A stretch of DNA of 64,000 nucleotides from Octopus sinensis. Taxonomy: Eukaryota. Shown here piece after piece: positions 13,668-24,900 of the stretch. The notes under the pieces are model-generated. The model saw only the letters and a list, made by a program, of their open reading frames with translations, ran no database searches and was not told where the DNA came from. Positions within the stretch are counted from its first letter, which is position 1. Every line of letters begins with the position of its first letter. A program made the translations under genes and the position numbers. The DNA lies in contig NC_043002.1 of NCBI RefSeq assembly GCF_006345805.1, forward strand, positions 83,514,001-83,578,000. Direction: 5' to 3'.

Positions 13668-14917
13668 TTAAGGGTGAGAAGTTCATTTTGCGCTTACATG
13701 ATTTGTTCAGTTACCATTTACTGCTCACTGGTGTTATAGTTTCTGAATAGATTAATAATGATAAACATATATTTGAAAATGTTGACTTTCAATACATTTT
13801 TGTTTATGAGCCTTTCCTGGCCACTCAGTTTGCTAGATACTGCAGTCAGGTTTCTCTACTGTCACACTTCATAATCTGAAAACAAAGTACACATTGAATA
13901 ATGATAATATAGTCTTGAGATATACTATGTCAGAAAAAATGGGTTGGGCATGCAACTAGGTTTTTTTTCCTTGTAGGCTGATCTCAGTATCAGAAGAGGA
14001 CAAAAATTTGTACAATAAAAAAATAAAACAACACTCTCCTTCAAATTCTGTTATAATGGTCATTATTCTAATAACATTCACAGACTCTCTCTCTGTTAAT
14101 TATTTGGAGGAAAGCTTCACTATCAGAATCATTTGTTTTCTCTGCCACTCCAGGTCAATAGGTTTGGTCATTGTTTATAGATACATATGACCAGCTATGA
14201 CTCAAATGATTAATAAAAGTATCTCTGTTTACCAAAGTACCTACTTTACAAAATAGCCAAGAAATTGCATTCAGGTTTTGTGTTTTTAGCCCGAAGAAAC
14301 TTAATTTGATGACTAACAATAGTTAATCTGGCAAAATCCTGTTTTGGAAAGGATGTCAAACAAATTTTCTCTGTTTCCTTTTGTGTTTCATTTCTAGAGC
14401 ACCACCTCCTTTCTAGTGCATGACATTAGTATTACTGGATCTTTTAATACACTTAACTACTACTACTACTGCCATTTCCCCCACTCTCTGGTGAATATAT
14501 TTGTATATTAAATCTAAATATGTAAGAGATTGAAGTGGCTCAAGTGATATGTATATAGACAGCAGAGTTTGATGCAGTTTTCTGACTTGTCAGTTTCTGT
14601 CAAACTGTCCTAGCAAGCCAGTATAGAAAACAGATGTTGATGGTGATGATTATGATGATAATCATTAATAATTTAAAATGTCCATATTTCCATGTGTGTG
14701 TGTGTGTGCATGTGTCTGTATATATAGGTGCAGACATCACTGTGAAGTAAGAAGTTTGGTTCTCAATCACATGGTTCAGGGTTCAGTCCCACTGCATGGT
14801 ACCTTGGGCAAGTGTCTTCTCCTGTAACCCTGGGCTGACCAGAGCCTTGTGAGTGGATTTGGTAGACAGAAACCGATAGAAGCCCATTGTGTTTGTGTGT
14901 GTGTGTCTGTGTGTGTG

Positions 14918-14953
<36 letters not shown>

Positions 14954-15104
14954 TGTTATGAGAGGTAATGGTGTCAATAAGACCCAAAGGTGTCAGGTAA
15001 TGCTGAGTAAGTGCTATGGACAGACCATAGTTAAGCACCAGGTTCGGTGATTATGCAAATAAGGAGTCCAATAAGTAGGTCATATATCAGCATGTATATA
15101 TATA

Positions 15105-15490
15105 CTAAATTTTTTTTTCAGAATGAGATAAAAACCCAAGGCTGTGAAGATTTTAGAACATTTATAAATAGGTCTTACAGCTGTTTCCAGGATATTTATT
15201 ATATCCCTTCATCAGAGACAGTGTGAGAAAATGGTTAAGCAATAGTTATTCTAGATAAGATAAGAAATAGAGAGTGAAGTGGAGAAATGAAAACAGATGT
15301 GAGATATGCAGGGATATTGCATTTGTAGATCCATTATTTAGGCAGAATGGTATACATATAAGATTCCAATAGTATTTAAAATTTGTCATTCCAAGTACAG
15401 AGTTTGTACACAGTGCTATTGAATCGAGGGTTTTATTTAAAGTGACCTAAAAGTAGGGAGTGTATTTGTAAGGTCAAATCGAAAAAAAAT
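15105..15490 (-). mobile_element. Penelope-like element remnant between (TA)n tracts
   Basis: About 390 bp of unique sequence bounded by TA microsatellites and containing the hammerhead at 15172-15219. Confidence 0.55.
15172..15219 (-). ncRNA. Minimal hammerhead ribozyme motif (Penelope/retrozyme type), intact core
   Basis: Minus strand: GTCT-CTGATGA-A-GGGATAT-aataa-ATATCCT-G-GAA-ACAGCTGT-A^AGAC. Stem I GTCT/AGAC, core CUGAUGA and GAAA, palindromic stem III ACAGCTGT, GUA cleavage triplet. Confidence 0.85.
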
Positions 15491-16249
15491 TATATATATA
15501 TATATATATACATACATATATATATGTGACCGCATCAGTGGTCCTTTGCTTTCTTCTTTCTTTTAACTAAACATAGACGCACATAGAGATATACACATGC
15601 ACAAATGAAGACACATACAATAGAAATACAAAATGGCTGACGGTTAGTAAGGAGAGACAAAAATAAGAAAGAAAAAAGCAAAGGATCACTGATGCGGTGA
15701 CAGGAGTGTGACAAAAGAACTCTGGCCAAAAGAAGATTAAGATTAATGTAAAAAATAAATAACACTGAAGCAAAGTAACACCAAATATATAGTGCATGTG
15801 TTTTTATTGGCTAAACTGGCAAAATGACCATTCCGAAATACAACAATATATATGTATGTTTGTATATGTATATGTTTGTCTTTGTCATTGTCCCCCACAA
15901 ACGCTTGACAGCTAGTGTTAGTTTGTTTATATCCCTGTACCATAACAGACTGGATTATGAAAATCTATGTGGTGCTCTAAACATAACAGTAGCAGCCATG
16001 CAGTCATAGATCTCCTTGTCAACTCATGACCAATTAAAGCCACTTCCTAAACTCTAGCTCTGTGCAAGCATTCTGAGTGTCCAAGAAGTTGCTTTGTATG
16101 AGTTTGATTTGAGTGGATAAAGTGTCAGATGGCTTTGAGCCCACTTTTCGTGCAGTTAGCTACAAAATTAGCGACACAACAGAGGGTGGTGATACGACCA
16201 TAAGCAAACAACACTTTAAGTTTTTATACAAGTTTACCTTCTTCTAGAA

Positions 16250-16561
16250 CTTCTCAACCATTTTTTTTTCATCTATGGACCCTATTATTTTCTTCTGATG
16301 GACCCCCATAGCCATTCGATGTTAAAAAAACTAGTAAACTAGTTTTATAGAAACTTCTTTCAAAATTCCTAATTTGTTTTTCACATTAATTTGTGTAGGC
16401 TGAGCTATGTAAAATGTTAGAGAAAGAAACCTCAGTTTCTTGCAATACATACATTTAAAGCAAAATTTTTCCAGAAGCCCTTAAAATACTATTGTAGATC
16501 ACCAATTTATTTTGTTGTGAGGACCCCTGCCACAATGTATATAGACCCTCAGGGTCCACTG
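16250..16561 (-). mobile_element. hAT MITE, degenerate reverse-oriented relative of 61275-61624
   Basis: Internal similarity to 61275-61624 in reverse; flanked by ttctagaa on both sides. Confidence 0.65.
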
Positions 16562-17040
16562 TTCTAGAAGAAAGTTCTAATAAGAATGAGGGGTCCTTCA
16601 CTCCCAGTAGTTTACGTGCTAGTTAACCCAAATCTGGGACCCTCACAGGTGTTACTGCTCTGGGTCAGGGTAGACTTGGGAACATTTGTAGCTTGGAGAT
16701 GGTGCCAAACTGCCTAAAACCATGGAACTCCCATACCAGTGCCCCACTTTTGGATGCTGTTTAAAGTCACACCCAGGACATATATACATATGTGTGTGTG
16801 TGTGTGTGTGTATGTGCGTGACATTCAGGAGAGTGATGATTCTGATCTCTGTTGTTGTTAATGTTGTGTGTGTGTAGTAAACTTTGTAAGACACCTGCTA
16901 TCTGCTGTGATTTCACCATATTGATTATAGAATATTAACACTCTGTTAAAAAAAAAATTTTCATTCATTCATACTATACATTGTTCATATACATTCATTC
17001 TGCAAATGTAATGAGCCATACATTTGCATAACTGATTAAG

Positions 17041-17760
17041 TATTGGGTCGTCCCATAAATAATATGGTTTTTTTTCAATTGCATGAACTAAAAGTTGGCG
17101 GGGGACAGGATAAACTACCTGCATCGACTTGCTACGAAAGCAGGTGGTAATTTTACCTTGTACTTGTTCTTAGTGCAAGTTTTGAAGAGTGCAGTTCGAT
17201 TTTAACAGTTATTTTCACAAAGCTATAATGGAAATGACAAAGGAGCATATTTGGCTTATGAATTCAATAAAGGAAACAATGCAATGGAAAGTGTGAGGAA
17301 TATTAATGCAGTATATGGGGATCAGACAATAAGCATAAACCAGTGTCAATGGTGGTTCCAGAAATTCCAAGCTGGAAACTACAACCTAGATGAGCCTTGT
17401 CCTGGAAGATCTGTAGTGCTTGACGAGGATGTCCTGCAAACCCTGGTGAAACAAAATCCCATTGTAACTGTTGAGGAACTAACAGAGAAGCTTGGATTTG
17501 GTCATTCAACCAGTCATTCAAATCAACACTAGAGGAAAAACAACCACCTTTGGTTTCAAAATGAAAGGTGTTTTTACATCATGATAATGCTTGGTCACAT
17601 ACAGCGAGGATAACATTCTAAAAGTTGGAGCAGTTTGAATGGGAAACAATGCCTCATATTTGCCAGACATTGACCCATCTGATTACCATTTGTTCTATCC
17701 ACAGTCTTCAAAATCATTTGGATGGAAAAAAAGTGGAGTATGGAGGAATACTTTATGCAA
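17041..17760 (+). mobile_element. Decayed, internally deleted mariner transposon (transposase pseudogene)
   Basis: TIR-like TATTGGGTCGTCCCATAA; ORF 17251-17532 with mariner HTH motifs (WFQKFQAGNYNLDEPCPGR); downstream fragments LHHDNAWSHTA and PDIDPSDYHLF of the DD34D domain; frameshifts and stops. Confidence 0.9.
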
Positions 17761-18483
17761 ACTCATAATAGAAGATTGAAATGTTTTATTTTTGTAGTGC
17801 AAAACTTAGTATTTCTTGTGTTGAAATAAGGATGTAGTGTACCAAGTTACTTTATTACTAGAGTGAATACTTTACAATATATAAGTTTGTAATCCTAAAT
17901 TTGTGTTCAGATTCCACCAAATTTACTTTAATCTACTTTACTTTCATCTTACCAAGTTGTAGGGCTGTCCTGGTCTCGACAAGGTCTTTTGTTTTTCCTT
18001 GTTAAATGAAAAACCAGCTGTTGCCTATGCTTGTAAAGTCTTCCTGTCTCCTGCCACATATGATATTCAGGAGAATGGGAAGGGTCAACAAAGCTTGGAA
18101 CCAGTTTTACTGCAGGCATTACTCTCAGAACATGGTGAGCCAGAATGGATGACATAAGGCATCACACTTGACTCTCTGAGTATTCTGACATTCCATTGCT
18201 CTGAATTGGTGGTGCCTAGCTCATTAAATTTGCAAGGATGAGACTAGAGAGTTAACTTTGGCAGGATTTGAACTTACAACACAGAGAGACAGAACAAATA
18301 ACTAAAGCATTCTAGCACAGTAAAGATTTTTGCCAACATAACATGGCAGTCCTGGTTTAGGACGAACGTTGCTGTAATTTAGCCCCAGGTGACATCGTCT
18401 CCAGCTGGCTATATGACATGATCTGTGTCCTTATATTTTTGAACAAGGGAATCTAGCACCCCCACTCAGCCCAAAACAATATC

Positions 18484-18524
18484 TGTGTATCGTGATTTCC
18501 GGGTTATTTCCCTTCATCAGCACA
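18484..18524 (-). ncRNA. Minimal hammerhead ribozyme motif, intact core, in the left arm of the fold-back element
   Basis: Minus strand: TGTG-CTGATGA-A-GGG-aaataa-CCC-G-GAA-ATCACGAT-A^CACA. Stem I TGTG/CACA, near-palindromic stem III, AUA triplet. Confidence 0.8.
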
Positions 18525-18647
18525 TAATAATTGTTCGGCTATGCAACACAATCTGTGTCCTTATATTTTCAAACAAGGGAATCTAGCACCCCCATTATAT
18601 ATTTCGAATGGGAATTTGGCAGCGCCACCTCTAGCCGAACAATTATC

Positions 18648-18690
18648 CTGTGCTGATAAAAGGAAATAACCCAGAAATCACGATACACAG
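18648..18690 (+). ncRNA. Hammerhead ribozyme motif with mutated core (CTGATAA, G8>A), in the right arm of the fold-back element
   Basis: CTGTG-CTGATAA-AAGG-aaataa-CCCA-GAA-ATCACGAT-A-CACAG; inverted paralog of 18484-18524. Confidence 0.7.
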
Positions 18691-19695
18691 ATATTGTTTT
18701 GGGCTGAGTTGGGGTGCTGGATTCCCTTGTTCGAAAATATAAAGACATAGATCATGTCATATAGCTAGCTGGAGATGATGTCTCCTGGGGCTAAGTTACA
18801 GCAACATTTGTCCTAAACCAGGACTGCCATGTTATGTTGGCAAAAATCTTTACTCCAAAGTACTGTTGTGGAATATCTCTTGTTGTGAGATTTAAAAATA
18901 GTAATTTTCTAACATTCTAACACACTTCTAACTGGACCAAACCACCATCTTACTATTGGTAATGTACTGAAATTTAAAATTGATTGCCCCTTCTTCAGTA
19001 TAAAATATCCTTGTGCACATCATCATCATAATTTAACATCTGTTTTCATGTTGGCATGGGTTGGATGGCTTGATAGGAGCTGGTGCGGCCGAGTTTCCAG
19101 TGTCTGTTTTGACTTGGCTTCTAAGGCTGGATGCCCTTCCTAACACTAACCACCAGGATGTTTTGTTTTTGTATACCGTCATCAGTGCTTTCTTCATGGC
19201 AGCAGTAGCAGTGCACAGTTAAAGTAATCAATGTCTCTTATCAGAAATAGAACACTGGATTCAGTACTTTTCAATATTTTGTTTATGGTCCTGCTTGGGT
19301 TGACCTTTGTCTTTTTATCTACCAGATGACAAAATAAGTAAATCAATACTAGCCAGTCCAATGAGGGGGCTTTTGTATTACAAATAGCAATTATATCAAC
19401 CCCCTTTAAATCATATCCCACTGCCTTAACAAAACAAAAAAAAAAGATACATATATAATGTAATTCATATTTGCTGTGTCTGGAAAAAAAATCCCAGGGA
19501 TTTATGGCTGCAACATATTTGGTCCCAAACATATTCAGTCAGGGAGGACCAATGCCAAAATGATGAATAAATAAACTGGAGAGATTTAATTTCTTTTACA
19601 AAATTTGACTTTGTGGCTAGTTAAAAGATGTCAAAATTGCCAAATGGTTTCTTTGGGATTCTGTGATTATTATTATTATTATTATTATTTTATTA

Positions 19696-19729
<34 letters not shown>

Positions 19730-19775
19730 CATCATCATCATTATTATCATCATTATTTTTTTTTCCTTTGCACAG

Positions 19776-19831
19776 TGTATCAGTTGCAGAAAGAAGCACC
19801 GCATCCTCGGCGGATCATTTGTCACAGAGAA
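19776..19831 (+). CDS. CHN1: Chimaerin coding exon (56 nt): (L)[18 protein letters not shown]
   Basis: Polypyrimidine tract + cacag acceptor, gtatgt donor; matches the chimaerin N-terminal motif LYQLQQEAPHPRR. Confidence 0.93.
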
Positions 19832-22800
19832 GTATGTATCATTTGACATTTATATGTTTGTCCATACCTGTAAACACTTATCTGTGTCTTAGTTGACATT
19901 TGGCTTTTATACATACACTCACAAACTCACACTTGCATGTACATACACATTTGCACACACATACATATTTGAAGATATATGTTTATCTAATTATATTTTT
20001 TTACTTTATAAAAAGAAAAAAATAAATGTGCCCATAGATAGTTTGAATATTAATTCTTTGAATTTAAAATTGGGTCACCCACACTAAGTGAAGATATGCT
20101 ATCAAAACTTTATATGGCTTCTAAAGTAAATTTATCACATAGTCTTCTAAATTGCCATAGAAATGCAATAATTTAAGATTCTTATGAGCTATATTTTCTT
20201 ATGCTTATACTGTCTTTAATGCTCTCTTAATGCCTTTATCATACAAATTATGGTTTCTTCATTTTCATTCTGTATTCTGTTTCCACTTAATTGACTTTAA
20301 AATCTTTCCACTTCTTTTTAAGTATCAGTTTTTTTTAATGCCTAGCCACCTACATGACCTGTATAGAATGAGGAGTTCATTATTATTGCAATACTAATTT
20401 CATATGCTCTCTAAATCTAATATTATAGTATATATTATATATATACATACACACATTAATTTCATGGTACCTTCGACAAGTGTTCAACTGTAAACTCCAA
20501 CCAAAGCCTTATGAGTGGCTCTAGTTGATGGAGACTGATAGAAATCAGTCACAGAGCAAATAATTCTTGAGAAAAATAATTTGCAAAGATATCATGGACT
20601 TTGTTATTATCTAGTGTAACTAATAACAGAATCAATAATATAGGCGATTTCAGGCACCCCCAAAGTATTAAAATAGCTGAAGGATTAAAATTAATCAAAA
20701 GACAATTTAAATAAAATTTTTGCCTGTTATTTCCAGCAGGTAGACATACTTAGTATGTCCTTTGATTAATTTTAATCTTTCAGCTATATATATGTGTGTG
20801 TGTCTTTGTATTTGTTCTTCACTACCACTTCACAATTGGTGTTGGTTTGTTTACATTCTTGTAAGAATGAGTACTAGGCTTAAAGTATAAAATAAGTACT
20901 ATGGTTATTTGTTCAAACAATGCCTTTACAAAGTTATTCTTTTACTTGTTTCAGTCATTTGACTGCAGCCATGCTGGAGCTAAAGCCTAGTACTTATCCT
21001 GTTGGTCTCTTTTGCTGAACCGCTAAGTTACGGGGGCATGAATACACCAACACCAGTTGTTAAGCAGTGATGAGGGGAAAAGCACAAACACAATCACACA
21101 CACATACATATATATGACGGGCTTCTTTCAGTTTCTATCTGCTAAATCCACTCACAAGGCTTTGGTTGGCCCATGGCTATAGTAGAAGACACTTGCCCAA
21201 GGTGCCATGCAGTGGGACTGAACTTAGAACCATGTGGTTAGGAAGCAAGCTTCTTACCACCTAGCCACGCCTAAATATCTTTTTTTAAATAGGTAATAGT
21301 GTGAATTTTATTAGTGTATTTGGTGTATATTGCTTTACTATATTCTTGCCTCAATATTTATAGAGTTAAATAGACTTGAACTTATAATGAAGGAAAAGAT
21401 TGTATTCCTTCAGCACTTAATAGCCTTCAATTTATTACTCATTTCGTTAGGAAACAATCTAGAGAGGTTAACTTATAAGAAGAAGTGAATTTTCATTTTC
21501 TTCTTATCCTCATCTGTGTTTCGTTTTTTAACAACATTACAATGGTTGCATTTTCCAAACATCATGTAAAAGATACAGAGTATGGCACTGAAAGATGGTC
21601 GAAGCACATAATGATAACAAAATGGCTGGGAATGGGGTGTAGGTGGGGGTGGAGGAAGAGAAAGAAAAAGAAAAAAAGAAAGGTGAAAACGATAAGAGTC
21701 TGAAACTCAAACTATTGATCATATCAATTCCACATCTGAAAACTGCAGAACTACTCTAATCTTAGTTACAGATTAAATTGATTTTAGCTAATATTGCTTT
21801 GGTTTGTTCAATGTTGTTATCTGAGTTATGAAAGTATTAAGAAATAATGTTTTTCTTCAGCAGTCTTGGAGAGGGAAAGAAAAAAAAATCCTACCTGTGA
21901 AGCAAAGTGTTTAAGTTTCCCATTTATAGACACCTTTTAGTTCACTTAGTTTAGTATATTGAGGAGGAATTGCTGCAAGATTTATTTCATGGACAAGACT
22001 AAAGTCTAGCTTAGATTTTATTCACTTGTTTTTTAATTCCTTCTGTGACCCAAAACATTGTAAAGGTTTTCATGTGGGCATATGTGTTTGTTAAGGGTGA
22101 ATAGACTTGCTCATTGAATTATGTTTTGCATAAAGATTTTTTTCCCTTTGAAAACAATGCATTTTGGGGTCTACCATTCAATGGGTGTCTGGTTTAAACA
22201 TTTACTTCACAACTGTATGAAACTGGTAACAATCCCTCTGCATGGCACCTTGGGCAAGTATCTTCTATAACCTTAAACCAATGAAAGATGTCTGAATGAA
22301 ATTTGTTGCATAGAAGCATTGGGTCTTTTACCCATTCTAATTCTTGTTACATCTTTATTTGTTGCCCTCTTTATTACCTTCTCATCCATCACTCGCTCTC
22401 CCTCCTGTTCACTGCACTCTGTGACCTATGTAACAAGCGATAACATTCACTCGCTACACCATCTCCTTTTATCACTCTTTATCGCTCTGCTTCTCTTCCA
22501 CTGTCACCCATCCATCACTCTACTCCTCTTCCATAACCAATAATAGCATTTGGTCTGCCCATATCTAGTACCCCATTGCACCACTTTCTACTATTACTAT
22601 CATTTTCTCTCTTTCCCTATGTTCATCCTTCCATATGTCTTCTCCAGCCACTGTTCCTGGAAGAGTTGTTAGGCTAGAGTCCTTGGACACCTCCTCTTTT
22701 GGGTCCCATCAGAAGCAATAGTCATAGACTGGATTGCTAAGCTTGTCCAGCTGAGACTATGGATATTATCTAAACATCTCATTCTTGGTTTACCCCTAGG

Positions 22801-24105
22801 TCTCCGACTAGTTGGCTCAGCTTGAAGAATCTAACTTGTGATTCTTTCCTGCAACTAATGATTTGACCTGGAGAGACTCCCTCATTTCTGAACTAGGTAC
22901 TCTGTTGAGTAGCGTTACTCCATGTATCTTTTGGAGGAACCCCATTTTGGTCATTTGAACTCTCCCTCATGTGACTCCTGACAGCTCTTAGCCATATCTA
23001 CTATAGACCTAATCTATTGCTCTCTCTCTCTCAGGTCATCCTGTCCATATTGTGGTCATCCACATAATAAAATGAACATCCAGTCTATACTGTGAGTGTC
23101 CCTTACTGCAATGTTGTGGTCAAGTGGCCATACCTCTTTGTGAAAATTTATAGTTGTTATAGTTGTTGGATAATGGATTTGATCTACTGTCCAATAGCTT
23201 AGAATGCAAAGAGCTGGAACAAATATCACAAATAAAGTAATAGTGCTTTAACATTTCTACCATTCTGGACTGGTACTTGATCCTATTGATCCTTAAAGGT
23301 TGACCTTGAAAGGATTTGAATTCAAAGCACAGTAAACCAGAATAAATGCAGCCAGGCATGTTGTCTTCCAGTCTAATGACTCTGCCAAAATCTAGTGTAT
23401 TTAGACAAGCATTTCTAAAATTATCTTTGACTTACTTTATCTAAGTAGTACACATCTAAGTCCATCTTTTTATTTTCTCTGGATGATGTGTGCAAGAATG
23501 TCAGAAAGGTGTTTAACGTTCTTTGAAATTAATTCTACTAGCATAATTCCAATTAGTGCAGGGGATAGGTGTCAGATTATCCCTTGTATTAATCCTCATC
23601 ATATTTTCAAATGATTAATGCATTTTATATACCCTAGCATACAATATTACAAATTTTTTAAGGGTAAAGACCCCTTTGGGCCTTGAATGACCATGGGATT
23701 GCACCTAGAAAGTTACCCTTGAGGTACAAGTCTGGACAAGGTTGTTTATGGAAGACCAGCAGTTGCCCATGCATGCCAACCTTCCCTTTCCATGCCACCA
23801 ATGTTATCCAGGCCAAGGCTGATACAGCTTGGCACCTGTGATGTCACAGCTCATTTCTACAGTTGAGTGAACTGGAGCAACATGAAATAAAGTATCTTGC
23901 TCAAGAACACAACTCACAGCCTGGTCTAGGAATCGAACTCACTACCTCATGATTGTGAGCTGGATGCTCTAACCATTGCGCCATGCACTTAAAAATATAC
24001 AGAAGTAATAAAAGGAGTTATACTTTTGGTTTCTAGTTGAGTGACTCAAGATTTTGAATTCTTAACTAGTGGAGTAACTGAGCTGTAGTGTTACAATGTT
24101 TTATA

Positions 24106-24158
<53 letters not shown>

Positions 24159-24387
24159 GGAGATGTACTCGCATATGTATATATATATATAGTTAATCCA
24201 AACATGAAAACACAAAGAGAAAACACAACAACGCGAGGACGTGGAACAAGTATAGTGTTATTGGACGCTCAGGAAAGAAGGAGGGTTTAACGCTTCAAGC
24301 GGAGCTCTTCGTCAGAAACATAGGAAAAGGAAAGATCCAAAGAAAGGAAGACGGAGGAAAAAAAATCGCCAACAGTACACACGCGGT

Positions 24388-24438
<51 letters not shown>

Positions 24439-24853
24439 TGGTGCTAAGTATCTTCTATAGAATCTCTCACATAAGTATAAAACTTTTATAGACTCAATTT
24501 TGATATTCATATACAAGCCAACATTCAGTATTAGATACTCTTGATTAAATCTGATATTCATTATTATTACACTGGATCATTGAACTAGCATTGCCTGTTT
24601 GCAGCTACTGTAAGATTTCTTGGCAAGATAATGAATTAACTTGATGAACTATGGCTTTCTGCGAAGGACTAGTGGGTTTTATGATGACCTGTTAGTATTC
24701 TTAACCTTAACTACATCTGCAGCTCTTAGGGGTCAAGCACAAGCATTTAACACATTTTATTTTCTTCTTCTGTTCTCTATCCAATATTTAATATTATTTA
24801 TAGTTATAAATGTAAAAGAAAAACAAAGGAAGTATGTTTTAGAAATCACTACC

Positions 24854-24900
<47 letters not shown>

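Larger units (their letters stand above)
18319..18854. mobile_element. 536-bp fold-back element with 223-bp inverted arms, each carrying a hammerhead motif (probably Penelope-like pLTR-derived)
   Basis: Arms 18319-18541 and 18632-18854 are reverse complements with scattered mismatches. The 90-bp spacer holds a direct partial repeat of the arm (18551-18594 ~ 18421-18464). No clear TSD. Confidence 0.8.

Noticed and set aside
17251-17532. Functional or domesticated mariner transposase
   Set aside because: Large internal deletion, frameshifts and stops; no splice links to the host gene.
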